From the NCBI GenBank assembly GCA_963703955.1, contig CAVPGK010000014.1:47048-111047 (forward strand): a stretch of DNA of 64,000 bases, read 5' to 3'. The notes under the pieces are model-generated. The model had not been told where the DNA came from and did no database searches. It saw only the letters and a program-made list of their open reading frames with translations. Of this stretch, positions 17,528 to 26,652 are shown piece after piece (within the stretch, counting starts at the first letter, position 1; each line of letters starts with the position of its first letter). This stretch comes from Nitrospirota bacterium. GTDB lineage: Bacteria > Nitrospirota > Nitrospiria > Nitrospirales > Nitrospiraceae. Both the position numbers and the translations under genes were made by a program.

Positions 17528-19810
17528 ATGCCCAAAGCACACCCTTACCGCCTTCAGGTCCTCACATGCGTCTGGGTTTTGGCCGTCGTCGCCGGAGTGC
17601 TGTTGGCGGTCGCGGTCATCGGAATCGTTGTCTGGCGTTCCGCCAGCGAACGTGTTCTGGAGCGGACCGGAGAGAGTCTCGCTCTCTCCGCCACCCATCT
17701 TGCAGACTCGTTGAACCGACTTCTATTCGAACAGGCACAGCATGCGCAAATGATCGCCGAGGCTCCCGTTCTCCAGGGGCAAGATCGTGAAGAAATAGCT
17801 CGATACCTGCGCGCGTTGCAACGCACCAACCCGTCGTACGCATGGGCGGGAGTCACCGATGTCGACGGTCGGGTAGTCGCCGCGAGCGATGGGTCCGGTA
17901 CGAGCTTTGAGGAGACTGGATCCGCTTGGTTCCAATCAGTCCGTCAAGCGGCCGGTATTGACATCAGAGAATTGGCTCAGACCCAAGGCGTGACTTCTCT
18001 TCTCATTGCCGTTCCGTTGCATGATCATGCGGGGCAATTTTGTGGAGCGGTCGTGTTGCAGATAGGGCTGACCAGCTTTACCTTCGTGTTGGATGAAGCT
18101 GTCCGTTCCAGCCGCCTCGTGCGCCAGGGGGGTACGGCTCAGGAATATCGATTCCTGGGTAGTGACGGAACGGTGCTCTTCGATTCAAGCATCCGTGACC
18201 TCGGGAGAATCAACTTGAGACACATGGGCCTGCCGTCGGCTATATTGATCCCCTCGGGACGCGCGGGCTATGTTGAAGAGACGGATGTTGGGCGGCGAGT
18301 TCCTGTTGTCACCGGTTTTGCCCAAGCCAATGGTTATGCCAAATTTCCTGGGTTGCGGTGGGGAATTACCGTCAGCATGGACCGGACCGATGTGGTGGCT
18401 CTCGTTCACCGTGATTTGAGAAGAGTCGCATTGTGGGGTGGACTCGGATGTCTTATCGTGGCTGCGTTCCTAGTTTGGACGTTGGAACGTCTGCGACGAG
18501 CCTGGATCACGGCCAAAGAAAGGGAAGGGTGGTTCTCTTCTCTTTTGAAGAGCATGGCCGGCGGAGTGATTGCCACGGACAGTCGGGGTCGCGTTGTCTT
18601 TTTGAACCGCGCCGCGCAATCGATGACCGGATGGGGTTCAAGAGAGGCCTGTGGAAAAAGGTTGGCAGAAGTTTTGACAATCGTTCAGAAAGCGACAAGT
18701 TGTTGCGAAGTCACGCCGGTCGCCGCGGCGAGCCGGAAGGATGGCTTGTGTTTTTCCTCAGGGTCAGAACATTTGGTTGCGCGCGATGGATCGACCCTAT
18801 CAGTTATCTCCCGAGCGGCGCCGATCGACGCGCCAGCGGGGGGGTCGGTTGTCGTCTGTCTGCACGAACGACCGCGTGAATCCGCGGAGTCGGATACTCG
18901 TGACACTCGAGCGGAGGGTGCGATCCAGCAGAAAGAAATGGGCAGCGATTGGGCCGGTTCAGATGGTCAAGCACTCTGGGAAAGCGTTCGACATTGGGTT
19001 CGTCTTATGGAGGTCTATCGAGTCAGTCTGTATGAAACCCGCCGGGGAGAGGACAGGACTCTCTGGGCCAATGGGCGGTACGAATGGATCGGTCCGGGGG
19101 CTATCGGCAAAGCAGAGTGGTCGCGGTGGTTCAGTTGGTCCCTACGGGAGAAAGGATTCTCACGGTGGGAAGAGATGTTGAGCGCCGGACAGCTCATTTA
19201 CGGAAGGGTGGAGGAGTTTCCCGAATCCGAACGGAGAGCATTGTCCTCCTACGGCGTTCACACTGTGGTGGTCGTCCCAGTCTTCGTCCGTCACTCCTGG
19301 TGGGGATTCATTGAGTTCGATCATGGCCTCGGCAAGCGCGAATGGACGACCCAGGAAGTCGTTGAGTTGGAGGCGTTTGCATGGCGTCTTAGCACCATGT
19401 TCCAGAATATCCACGGGGATGAACATCTGCAGCGCCTGCTCTTCGATTTGGACGCAGCGCTGGAATTCACCAAGGATGGACTCTTGGTCGTGAATGACCA
19501 AGGTCATGTGACGGGTCTCAATCAACGCTTGCTCTCGATGTGGGATATCCCGGGCTCGGTGGGCGAATTCCGAACCAGCGATCAAATTCTAGGCTTGATG
19601 AAGGAACGGTTGGCGACCCCCGACACCCTTCTAAGAACTATCAGTGAATTGGATTGCCAACCAGATGCGGAAAGCTACGATATCTTGGAATTGAAGGACG
19701 GTCGGACGATCGAGCGGTTCTCGAGACCGAAGCAGGAAGGCGATCAGTTTGTTGGCCGTGTGTGGAGTTTTCACGAAGTCACGGGCAGTCTGGCTCCAGC
19801 TCCATTGTAG
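17528..19810 (+). CDS. Membrane sensor (TM-Cache-TM-PAS-GAF-PAS) with no output domain
   Basis: Two TM helices flanking a Cache-like region; PAS (GVIATDSRGRVVFLNRAAQSMTGW); GAF (VPVFVRHSWWGFIEFD); terminal PAS (DGLLVV...GRVWSF), then stop. Confidence 0.8.
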   Translation: MPKAHPYRLQVLTCVWVLAVVAGVLLAVAVIGIVVWRSASERVLERTGESLALSATHLADSLNRLLFEQAQHAQMIAEAPVLQGQDREEIARYLRALQRTNPSYAWAGVTDVDGRVVAASDGSGTSFEETGSAWFQSVRQAAGIDIRELAQTQGVTSLLIAVPLHDHAGQFCGAVVLQIGLTSFTFVLDEAVRSSRLVRQGGTAQEYRFLGSDGTVLFDSSIRDLGRINLRHMGLPSAILIPSGRAGYVEETDVGRRVPVVTGFAQANGYAKFPGLRWGITVSMDRTDVVALVHRDLRRVALWGGLGCLIVAAFLVWTLERLRRAWITAKEREGWFSSLLKSMAGGVIATDSRGRVVFLNRAAQSMTGWGSREACGKRLAEVLTIVQKATSCCEVTPVAAASRKDGLCFSSGSEHLVARDGSTLSVISRAAPIDAPAGGSVVVCLHERPRESAESDTRDTRAEGAIQQKEMGSDWAGSDGQALWESVRHWVRLMEVYRVSLYETRRGEDRTLWANGRYEWIGPGAIGKAEWSRWFSWSLREKGFSRWEEMLSAGQLIYGRVEEFPESERRALSSYGVHTVVVVPVFVRHSWWGFIEFDHGLGKREWTTQEVVELEAFAWRLSTMFQNIHGDEHLQRLLFDLDAALEFTKDGLLVVNDQGHVTGLNQRLLSMWDIPGSVGEFRTSDQILGLMKERLATPDTLLRTISELDCQPDAESYDILELKDGRTIERFSRPKQEGDQFVGRVWSFHEVTGSLAPAPL

Positions 19811-20015
19811 GGGCAGTCCTGTTGTGACCACGGAAAGACTCGGTGCCTGCAGGTATTGACGAGAAGAGTTTGTAACCGTTCAGGGGAGCGATCGAAGGTA
19901 TCAGGCAACCCGGCAATCCATGATAGATGGGCGGGCATGGCTTTCTTCTGGTTGAGTGTGGGAGGTGGACAGGGAGAGCAACCACAGTCACGGTCCTGCT
20001 ACACGGAGAACGATC

Positions 20016-20648
20016 ATGATTAAAGTTCTGATTGCCGATGACCATGCCGTTGTCCTGGAGGGACTGAAGCAAATTCTTTCGGAAACGCCTGATATCGTTG
20101 TCTCGGCCCAGGCACGTGATGGACAAGAAGTGCTGGAGAAGATTCGGTCGAACAATGTCGATGTCGTCGTGCTCGATATTGCGATGCCGGGACGAAGCGG
20201 ATTGGATACTCTCATGCATATCAAACGGGAACGGCCCAACCTGCCCGTTCTTGTGCTCAGCATCCATCCCGAGGATCAGTACGCGGTTCGTGTGCTGAAG
20301 GCAGGTGCCTATGGATATCTAACCAAGGACAGCGCGCCGGACCAATTGATCAGCGCCATTCGAAAGGTGGTGATGGGTCGGAAGTATGTCAGCCCCTCTC
20401 TGGCTGAAAAATTAGCTTTCGATCTAGAGTCAGACACAGGGAAGCCTCCACATGAAATTCTCTCTGATCGCGAATATGAAGTGCTCTGTATGATTGCGGT
20501 GGGAAAAACCGTCAAGGAGATCGCGGATAAGCTTTCCCTAAGCGTCAAAACAATCAGCACATATCGCGCCCGCATTCTTGAAAAAATGAAAATGAAGAAT
20601 AATGCGGAGCTCACCCACTACGTCATTCGGGAAGGCTTGCTTGACTAA
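20016..20648 (+). CDS. NarL/UvrY-family response regulator (REC-LuxR HTH)
   Basis: IKVLIADDH, VLDIAMPG, GYLTK, LSDREYEV..GKTVKEIA..LSLSVKTISTYR. Confidence 0.95.
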   Translation: MIKVLIADDHAVVLEGLKQILSETPDIVVSAQARDGQEVLEKIRSNNVDVVVLDIAMPGRSGLDTLMHIKRERPNLPVLVLSIHPEDQYAVRVLKAGAYGYLTKDSAPDQLISAIRKVVMGRKYVSPSLAEKLAFDLESDTGKPPHEILSDREYEVLCMIAVGKTVKEIADKLSLSVKTISTYRARILEKMKMKNNAELTHYVIREGLLD

Positions 20649-20812
20649 CGAATAAGAAATCGTCTGCATATTGAGTCGCCTATCGGTCGCGGGAGCCTCT
20701 TACCCTCCCCGAACGACTGTCTAGCAGGTTGTCGAAGGATCCGAGCGGTGACTATGGAAAAGTGTTGTGAGCAATATCATGGGCGACACCGTGCATCCTT
20801 CAGGATGTTCAA

Positions 20813-21088
20813 ATGGCAGCCCAACAAGGCGGCAGCGAGGAGCATGGCGCGAAACGAATAGGAGCCGCATGTGTGTGCGCCAGCAGTGTCTTCAAGCCGA
20901 GGCGTGGTCGTCTTCACGCACCCCTCGAGCCTGCCAAGATCGCCTCATTTCTCATATGCGGCACATTGAGGCACGAAAATAAACCATACGCTTATCCAGC
21001 GGCGCTGGACATAGGAGAGACGAGACCGGAGGACTTTTACCATCCTACTTGCTGGAAAATAGTCACGCGATACTCAGCAGAGGTCTGA
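20813..21088 (+). CDS. Possible small hypothetical protein
   Basis: 91-aa ORF between convergent genes; protein-like C-terminal half (HENKPYAYP..FYHPTCW); no clear RBS or family. Confidence 0.3.
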   Translation: MAAQQGGSEEHGAKRIGAACVCASSVFKPRRGRLHAPLEPAKIASFLICGTLRHENKPYAYPAALDIGETRPEDFYHPTCWKIVTRYSAEV

Positions 21089-21114
21089 GCCTTAAGTGGA
21101 CTTGTGAGAGCGTC

Positions 21115-22248
21115 TTAGTCCTCAGAAATGAGCGCGGGCCTGGATGAAGCCGCGAGAGTTGGAAGGGAAGCGGTGGATTCACGTGCGATACGGACGAAGG
21201 TGTCGGCAAGTTTAGGATCGAATTCAGTACCGGCCAGTCGCCTTATTTGTTCGATGGCATCATGCACGCTCAGCGCTGAGGCCTGTGCAGGTTGTTCGGC
21301 GGTCAGATGGTCGAACACTTGGGCAATGGAGACGATTCGGGCGAGCAGCGGAATCCCGTCCCCCTGGAGCCCATAGGGATAGCCCATACCATCATACCGC
21401 TCGTGGTGGTAGAGGATGATCTGCCCCACCTCCGCCGGAACCCTAAGGGGGAGACTCAATCGAGATCCCATCTCCGGATGACGCTTGAAGAGTTCGGACT
21501 CTCGTTCGTCCAAAACCCGCCTCTTGTCCAGGAGGCGGTCATCAAGCCCTATCTGTCCGACGTCATGAAGGAAGGACCCGATGGCGAGGGTTTTCCGCGC
21601 TTCTTCACTTAGGCCAAGATGTTTCCCAAGGAGTCCGGCATAGAAAGTCGTGCGGCTCGAATGATTGAAAAGATCGCGATTCTTAGCTTCCAACAAGTCT
21701 AAAAGAAGCGAAGTGGCTTCCCCGCTGTCGGACGCGCGGGATTCAGGCTTATGCTTTGAACGAGTCTGTTGGCAGAGATCACGAAGCTGATTCCATGCGG
21801 CAGACGATTCATGCTCTGTTCCCCAGAGTCCTTCCGAGTGCTTGAGGAAAAGCCGGAGCCCGGCGAGACGTTTCTTCTTGCCGAGCGTCTGATCGATAAC
21901 GGCCAACAATTCTGTCACGTTGAAGGGCTTGAGCAGGTACGCTGCCGCTCCGTAGCGGATGGCATCCATCGCGGATTTCAGGCTGCCGTACCCGGTGATG
22001 ATAACCACCTCAACATCACCACGCACCTCTTTGATTTGCTGCAAAAGGTCCATGCCATTGCGATCGGGCAGCTTCATGTCAAGGGTCACGAGGTCAATCG
22101 TATTTTCTTTGAGGGTACGGATCGCCGCATGACCGTTGTCAACCGCGTGGAGATTATAGAACGGTCGCAGGATGACCTTGAGGGCATTCCGGGGCCCTAA
22201 CTCGTCTTCCACGATCAGTATGGTGGGTTTGTGGTCTTCTTGAAACAT
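21115..22248 (-). CDS. REC-HD-GYP protein with degenerate catalytic motifs
   Basis: ILIVEDE, TLDMKLP, YLLKPF; HSSR, LHDVGQ, HHERYDGMGYP, IAQVFD, FDPKL. Confidence 0.88.
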   Translation of the reverse strand: MFQEDHKPTILIVEDELGPRNALKVILRPFYNLHAVDNGHAAIRTLKENTIDLVTLDMKLPDRNGMDLLQQIKEVRGDVEVVIITGYGSLKSAMDAIRYGAAAYLLKPFNVTELLAVIDQTLGKKKRLAGLRLFLKHSEGLWGTEHESSAAWNQLRDLCQQTRSKHKPESRASDSGEATSLLLDLLEAKNRDLFNHSSRTTFYAGLLGKHLGLSEEARKTLAIGSFLHDVGQIGLDDRLLDKRRVLDERESELFKRHPEMGSRLSLPLRVPAEVGQIILYHHERYDGMGYPYGLQGDGIPLLARIVSIAQVFDHLTAEQPAQASALSVHDAIEQIRRLAGTEFDPKLADTFVRIARESTASLPTLAASSRPALISED

Positions 22249-22331
22249 CGGCGCCAAGAGTCTATTCGCCCTTATACGTCCGAAGACACATTTTGTCAAG
22301 CAAAACCAGTGTCTTATATCTTCGGCCTGGG

Positions 22332-23747
22332 TCAGGAAGGAGCAAAGGCTTCCCTATGTTCGGCTGATCCGTTCGAATCATCTCGGCGGATCCCGAGCAT
22401 ATCCATGCGGTATTTGAGCATCCGGCGGCTGATGCCCAGTAGCGCTGAGGCATGAGTCTGGACATAATCCGTTTTCTGAAGGGCATCGAGGATGATCTTT
22501 CGCTCGAATTCCATGACGGCCCTTTCCAATGAGATCCGTCCGGAAAGAGTTTCATTACGTAAGGAGTCGGAATGGGTGTCGGTTCTGAGACCACCCGGGA
22601 GGTGTTCCGGAAGGATGGTGTGGCCGTCCGACCAGACAATGGCCTGTTCAACCACGTTTTCCAGTTCACGGACATTGCCGGGCCAGTTGTACTTGCTGAG
22701 GATCTCCAAGGTCTCCTTCGAAAATTCCTGGTGCGGGTGGTGCTCCTCTTCCAGTCGTTTGGCCAGGAAATGTTTCGCAAGCAATGGAATATCCTCGCGC
22801 CGATCGCGGAGAGCCGGCAGATATAGCGACACTACGTTAATTCGATAATAGAGATCCTCTCGAAACTCTTTCCGTCGAAGGAGTTCCTCCAAATTCTTGT
22901 TGGTGGCCGCCATAATCCTCACGTCAACTTTGATCGGATGCGTTCCTCCAATGCGGGTGAATTCTCGTTCTTGGATGACCCGAAGCAACTTGGCTTGTGT
23001 CGCCAGGCTGAGGTCTCCAATTTCGTCGAGAAACACACTTCCGCCATGGGCAAGCTCAAACTGACCCAGGCGGCGTGACTGAGCGTCTGTGAAGGACCCT
23101 TTCTCGTGTCCGAACAGTTCGCTTTCGATCAATGTTTCGGGTAATGCGGCGCAATTCAATGCAATAAACGGACGATCCCGACGTAAACTGTTGTAGTGAA
23201 GCGCGCGAGCGACCAACTCTTTCCCCGTGCCGCTCTCGCCGGTGATCAGGACCGTGGTCCGCGTGTCGGCGACCTGCACGATCTTGGCGTAAATGTCGCG
23301 CATGGCTGGACTTTTGCCCACGAGACTGTCAAATCCGTATTTATGTGCGACCTGGGCTCGAAGATATCGAACTTCCCGCTCTAACGCCTGTTTCTCGATT
23401 GCGTTTTCCATCGTGAGGCGAAGTTCTTCGATCTCAAACGGCTTGGTGAGATAGTCGGCGGCCCCCATCTTCATGGCGTCGACCACGGTTTTCACCATTT
23501 TTGTCCCTGTGAGCATGATGATCGGAATCCGAGGATCTTCCGAATGCATGGTCTTAAGCACCGAGAGACCGTCTTCGCCAGGCAGCATGACGTCCAATAA
23601 AACGAGATCAGGCGAATCACGCTTGTAGAGGTTCACGCCTTCTTCCCCCTCGGAGGCGCAGATGAGCTCATAGGTCGGTTCAAGGACCATCTTCAATGAC
23701 ATGTGGATGCTGGATTCGTCATCGACCAATAGAACCCGCTTTTTCAT
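22332..23747 (-). CDS. Sigma54-dependent NtrC-family response regulator (REC-AAA+-Fis HTH)
   Basis: GESGTGKE, ESELFGHEKGSFTDA, FLDEIG, FREDLYYR, WPGNVRELEN, C-terminal HTH. Confidence 0.96.
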   Translation of the reverse strand: MKKRVLLVDDESSIHMSLKMVLEPTYELICASEGEEGVNLYKRDSPDLVLLDVMLPGEDGLSVLKTMHSEDPRIPIIMLTGTKMVKTVVDAMKMGAADYLTKPFEIEELRLTMENAIEKQALEREVRYLRAQVAHKYGFDSLVGKSPAMRDIYAKIVQVADTRTTVLITGESGTGKELVARALHYNSLRRDRPFIALNCAALPETLIESELFGHEKGSFTDAQSRRLGQFELAHGGSVFLDEIGDLSLATQAKLLRVIQEREFTRIGGTHPIKVDVRIMAATNKNLEELLRRKEFREDLYYRINVVSLYLPALRDRREDIPLLAKHFLAKRLEEEHHPHQEFSKETLEILSKYNWPGNVRELENVVEQAIVWSDGHTILPEHLPGGLRTDTHSDSLRNETLSGRISLERAVMEFERKIILDALQKTDYVQTHASALLGISRRMLKYRMDMLGIRRDDSNGSAEHREAFAPS

Positions 23748-26652
23748 GTTCGCTTTGTTCCTTTTTTGATGACACGTGTGCTAATGGGTTGGCTCTTAGA
23801 TTGACATAGAATGTCGTTCCACTTCCCAGGGTACTCTCAACCTCAATGAAACCATGGTGCTCCTGGATGATTTGATGGACGATGTTGAGGCCCAGTCCGG
23901 TTCCTTCACGTTCTCCACTCTCATGCTTGGTGGTATAGAAAGGGTCGAAAATGTGCTCCAAGTTGGCAGGTGCGATCCCGCTCCCCGTATCGGACACCTC
24001 GATCTGAACCCACAGATCGCCGGAGAGTTTTGTCACGCGATGCGTTCTCACGGTCAATTGGCCACCATCCTTATCCATCGCCTCCATCGCATTCTGAAAC
24101 AGATTGTGCAAGACTTGTATGATTTGTTGCCGGTCGAGGAGGATACGGGGCAAATCATCAGTCAGGTCTCGCTCGATTGTAATGGACTTGTTGGCAGCCT
24201 TGACCTCTATATAATAGAGACAGGAGGCCACGACGTCGTTGAGGTCCTCCTCATTCAACTTGGGTTCCATGTATCGGGCGTAATCCAGGATTTCGTGGAT
24301 CAGACGCTCGATCCGGCGGACATCTTCGATAACCACTTTGCTGAATTGATCGATAAACTCTGCATCATGTCTTCGGCTTGGCGCCAACTGGATAAAGGTC
24401 TTAATGGATGTGAGGGGGTTTCGAATCTCATGTGCAAATCCACCTGCCATCGTTTCGAGAGAACGGAGGCGATCGGTGCGCCGCATGAGGAGTTGGGAGC
24501 GTTTGAGGTCCGTGTAGAGGATGGCATTGTCCAGAGCGACGGCGGCGTTCTGAGCTAGGGAAGTCAGCAGATTCAGATCGTCTTCGGTGTACTGGTAATG
24601 GTCATTCCGATGTCCCAAGTTAATAAAACCGATGACGCGATCCTTGTTGATCAAGGGAAGGCAAACCTCGGATGACATCTGCTGTAGGGTCTGCATGACG
24701 GATCGAGGAACGTCCGGGCTCCGCGCGTGCTCCAATTCTTCGCGGACGAGAATCGATTGACAATATCTTAAGTGATAGGGCAAGCCGTCCTCTGCCGGTA
24801 GGCGGATGGTCTTGAGCTTCTCCGAATCTCTTGAATTTGCCAGCGCCAATGTGTAGAGGGCCTTTTCGTTATCCAGCAAAAACAACGAGATGTGTTTGAT
24901 GCCCAATGATTTTTCGAGGGTGGCCAAAATGGTCTGAGTAAGTGTCGGCAGGTCCAAGATCGACACCATGGCCTTGCTGAATTCTCTCAAGGTGTCATAG
25001 GCCTCCTGTCTGCCCTTAAACAGGGTCTTGCCCACGATGCCTTCCACGTGTTTCTGCAGAGTGGCAAGAATTCCGGCGAAAATCATGTTGGTGGCCAGCA
25101 GGATTCCCGCCAACTGATAGTGCATGGAGCCGGTAAAGAGTCTAACCAAGAAGAGGATCACCACGTATGAAAGGGTTCCGATTGAAAACGCTTCGATATA
25201 TGGGAGAACTTTGGATTTCGTCAGGACGAGGGAAATGTCCAGGAGTTGGTACCTGGCAATCGCATAGGAAACGATCAGAGTCCACGCGCTGACACAAAGG
25301 TAGCCCAGGGGATAGAACTCGACGCCGTAGTTCTGCACGAAATCGAGAGAGGCAAGATAGCCGATGACAAACGCCCAGAAGACATACTTAACCCGTGTGG
25401 CTTCAAGGGCATGTGCGGCAGCTTTATAGCCTGTGTGAAGCTTGAAAATCGACAAGACGCTGACCCAGCCGAAATACACCAAGAAAACCGGGTGAAGGAG
25501 ACCAGCTCTTGGATAGAACCCCCAAAAATAGGAGTAGTAGCCATCGATCAAATAGGTGGTGGGAACGAGAAACAGGAAGATCGTGCTGATCAGGTAATTT
25601 GGCACAATCCACCTACAGCGGGGATGCGTTTGCAGAAGACTCACGCAGAAGTGGTAGAAAAAGGCCGGAATATAGACCACACCGGCGTAGACCACTTTGG
25701 CCCAGAACTGGACCTCTTCCGCACTCGATGCCGAATAAATCATGAAGAATCCGAACAGCCAGGTACTTAAACCGATGCAAATCAGACTGAAGGTGATATT
25801 CTTCACGGTCCGATGGCTTTTCATGAAAATCCATAAGCCACAGGCGACAACCAAACTGCCCGCGAGCAGCGGCGGGAGCGAATAGAGTGTGGCGCGTTCG
25901 CTGATGAGCACACCTAGGTAGATTGGCAACGTGATCGCCGCCAACAAGAGTCCGTAGGTAAGACCTTTGTGCATTACGATGGTGATGTCCATTAGTCGAT
26001 GGCGGACGATCGCGTAAGAAATGATTCCGGCGAACAAGACCAGAAGGAAATCGTGCGGAAATGGCTCTACTTGGACATAGGCTCCGACGAAATGCATGAG
26101 CCCGGCGGTGTAGGCAAGCGCAAACGAAGCAAGGACGTACCCGAGCTGATTTCTTCTTAATCCCGTTGACTGAACATAGCTTCTAAAGGTCTTGTAGAAC
26201 GCGAAACCGCAACCCAATCCAAAAAATGCCGTGAAAGGTATAAAGAGCCCACCGGGAATGACCGCGTACAAGAAATCGTGGCGGACGACCCCTTGTATAA
26301 AGCTGTGACTGAATGCGAAGGCCGAGAAAACAAATGAGCAAACAAGTAAGCCTGTCAAGAAGTGTCGTTCGAAAGGATCGTGTTCCAAATGCAAGAGGAC
26401 GACGACAAAATAATAAAATGCAGTTGGCACAAACGGAGCGAATACGTACACTATTCGACCCACGATAGCAGCCGTTTCATCACTCGCGGGAAGGGAGATA
26501 AGAAAAGGGAAAACGGTCCACGTGCCTGCAAGGAAGGCGATGAGCGCAAAGGATCGGTTAAGAAGTTTCTCGGTATCCTTTAAGTAAACTAAAAGCCCTA
26601 CGCTCAGGCAGCTAGCTGATGCTGTCAGGGAGGCGAGCGGATAGAGATTCAC
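23719..26652 (-). CDS. Sensor histidine kinase with two tandem HisKA_7TM-like domains, GAF, HisKA and HATPase
   Basis: Two hydrophobic repeats ending YAIVRHRLMDI and YAIARYQLLDI; GAF (LPLINKDRVIGFINLG); FAHEIRNPL, NLFQNA, DTGSGI, FDPFYTTK, GTGLGL; GTG start overlaps the ALDH stop (GTGA). Confidence 0.92.
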   Translation of the reverse strand: MNLYPLASLTASASCLSVGLLVYLKDTEKLLNRSFALIAFLAGTWTVFPFLISLPASDETAAIVGRIVYVFAPFVPTAFYYFVVVLLHLEHDPFERHFLTGLLVCSFVFSAFAFSHSFIQGVVRHDFLYAVIPGGLFIPFTAFFGLGCGFAFYKTFRSYVQSTGLRRNQLGYVLASFALAYTAGLMHFVGAYVQVEPFPHDFLLVLFAGIISYAIVRHRLMDITIVMHKGLTYGLLLAAITLPIYLGVLISERATLYSLPPLLAGSLVVACGLWIFMKSHRTVKNITFSLICIGLSTWLFGFFMIYSASSAEEVQFWAKVVYAGVVYIPAFFYHFCVSLLQTHPRCRWIVPNYLISTIFLFLVPTTYLIDGYYSYFWGFYPRAGLLHPVFLVYFGWVSVLSIFKLHTGYKAAAHALEATRVKYVFWAFVIGYLASLDFVQNYGVEFYPLGYLCVSAWTLIVSYAIARYQLLDISLVLTKSKVLPYIEAFSIGTLSYVVILFLVRLFTGSMHYQLAGILLATNMIFAGILATLQKHVEGIVGKTLFKGRQEAYDTLREFSKAMVSILDLPTLTQTILATLEKSLGIKHISLFLLDNEKALYTLALANSRDSEKLKTIRLPAEDGLPYHLRYCQSILVREELEHARSPDVPRSVMQTLQQMSSEVCLPLINKDRVIGFINLGHRNDHYQYTEDDLNLLTSLAQNAAVALDNAILYTDLKRSQLLMRRTDRLRSLETMAGGFAHEIRNPLTSIKTFIQLAPSRRHDAEFIDQFSKVVIEDVRRIERLIHEILDYARYMEPKLNEEDLNDVVASCLYYIEVKAANKSITIERDLTDDLPRILLDRQQIIQVLHNLFQNAMEAMDKDGGQLTVRTHRVTKLSGDLWVQIEVSDTGSGIAPANLEHIFDPFYTTKHESGEREGTGLGLNIVHQIIQEHHGFIEVESTLGSGTTFYVNLRANPLAHVSSKKEQSEHEKAGSIGR

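Noticed and set aside
23085..23115. GSFTDA in place of GAFTGA as evidence of sigma54 independence
   Set aside because: GSFT and FTDA variants occur in functional enhancer-binding proteins and the key F and T are retained
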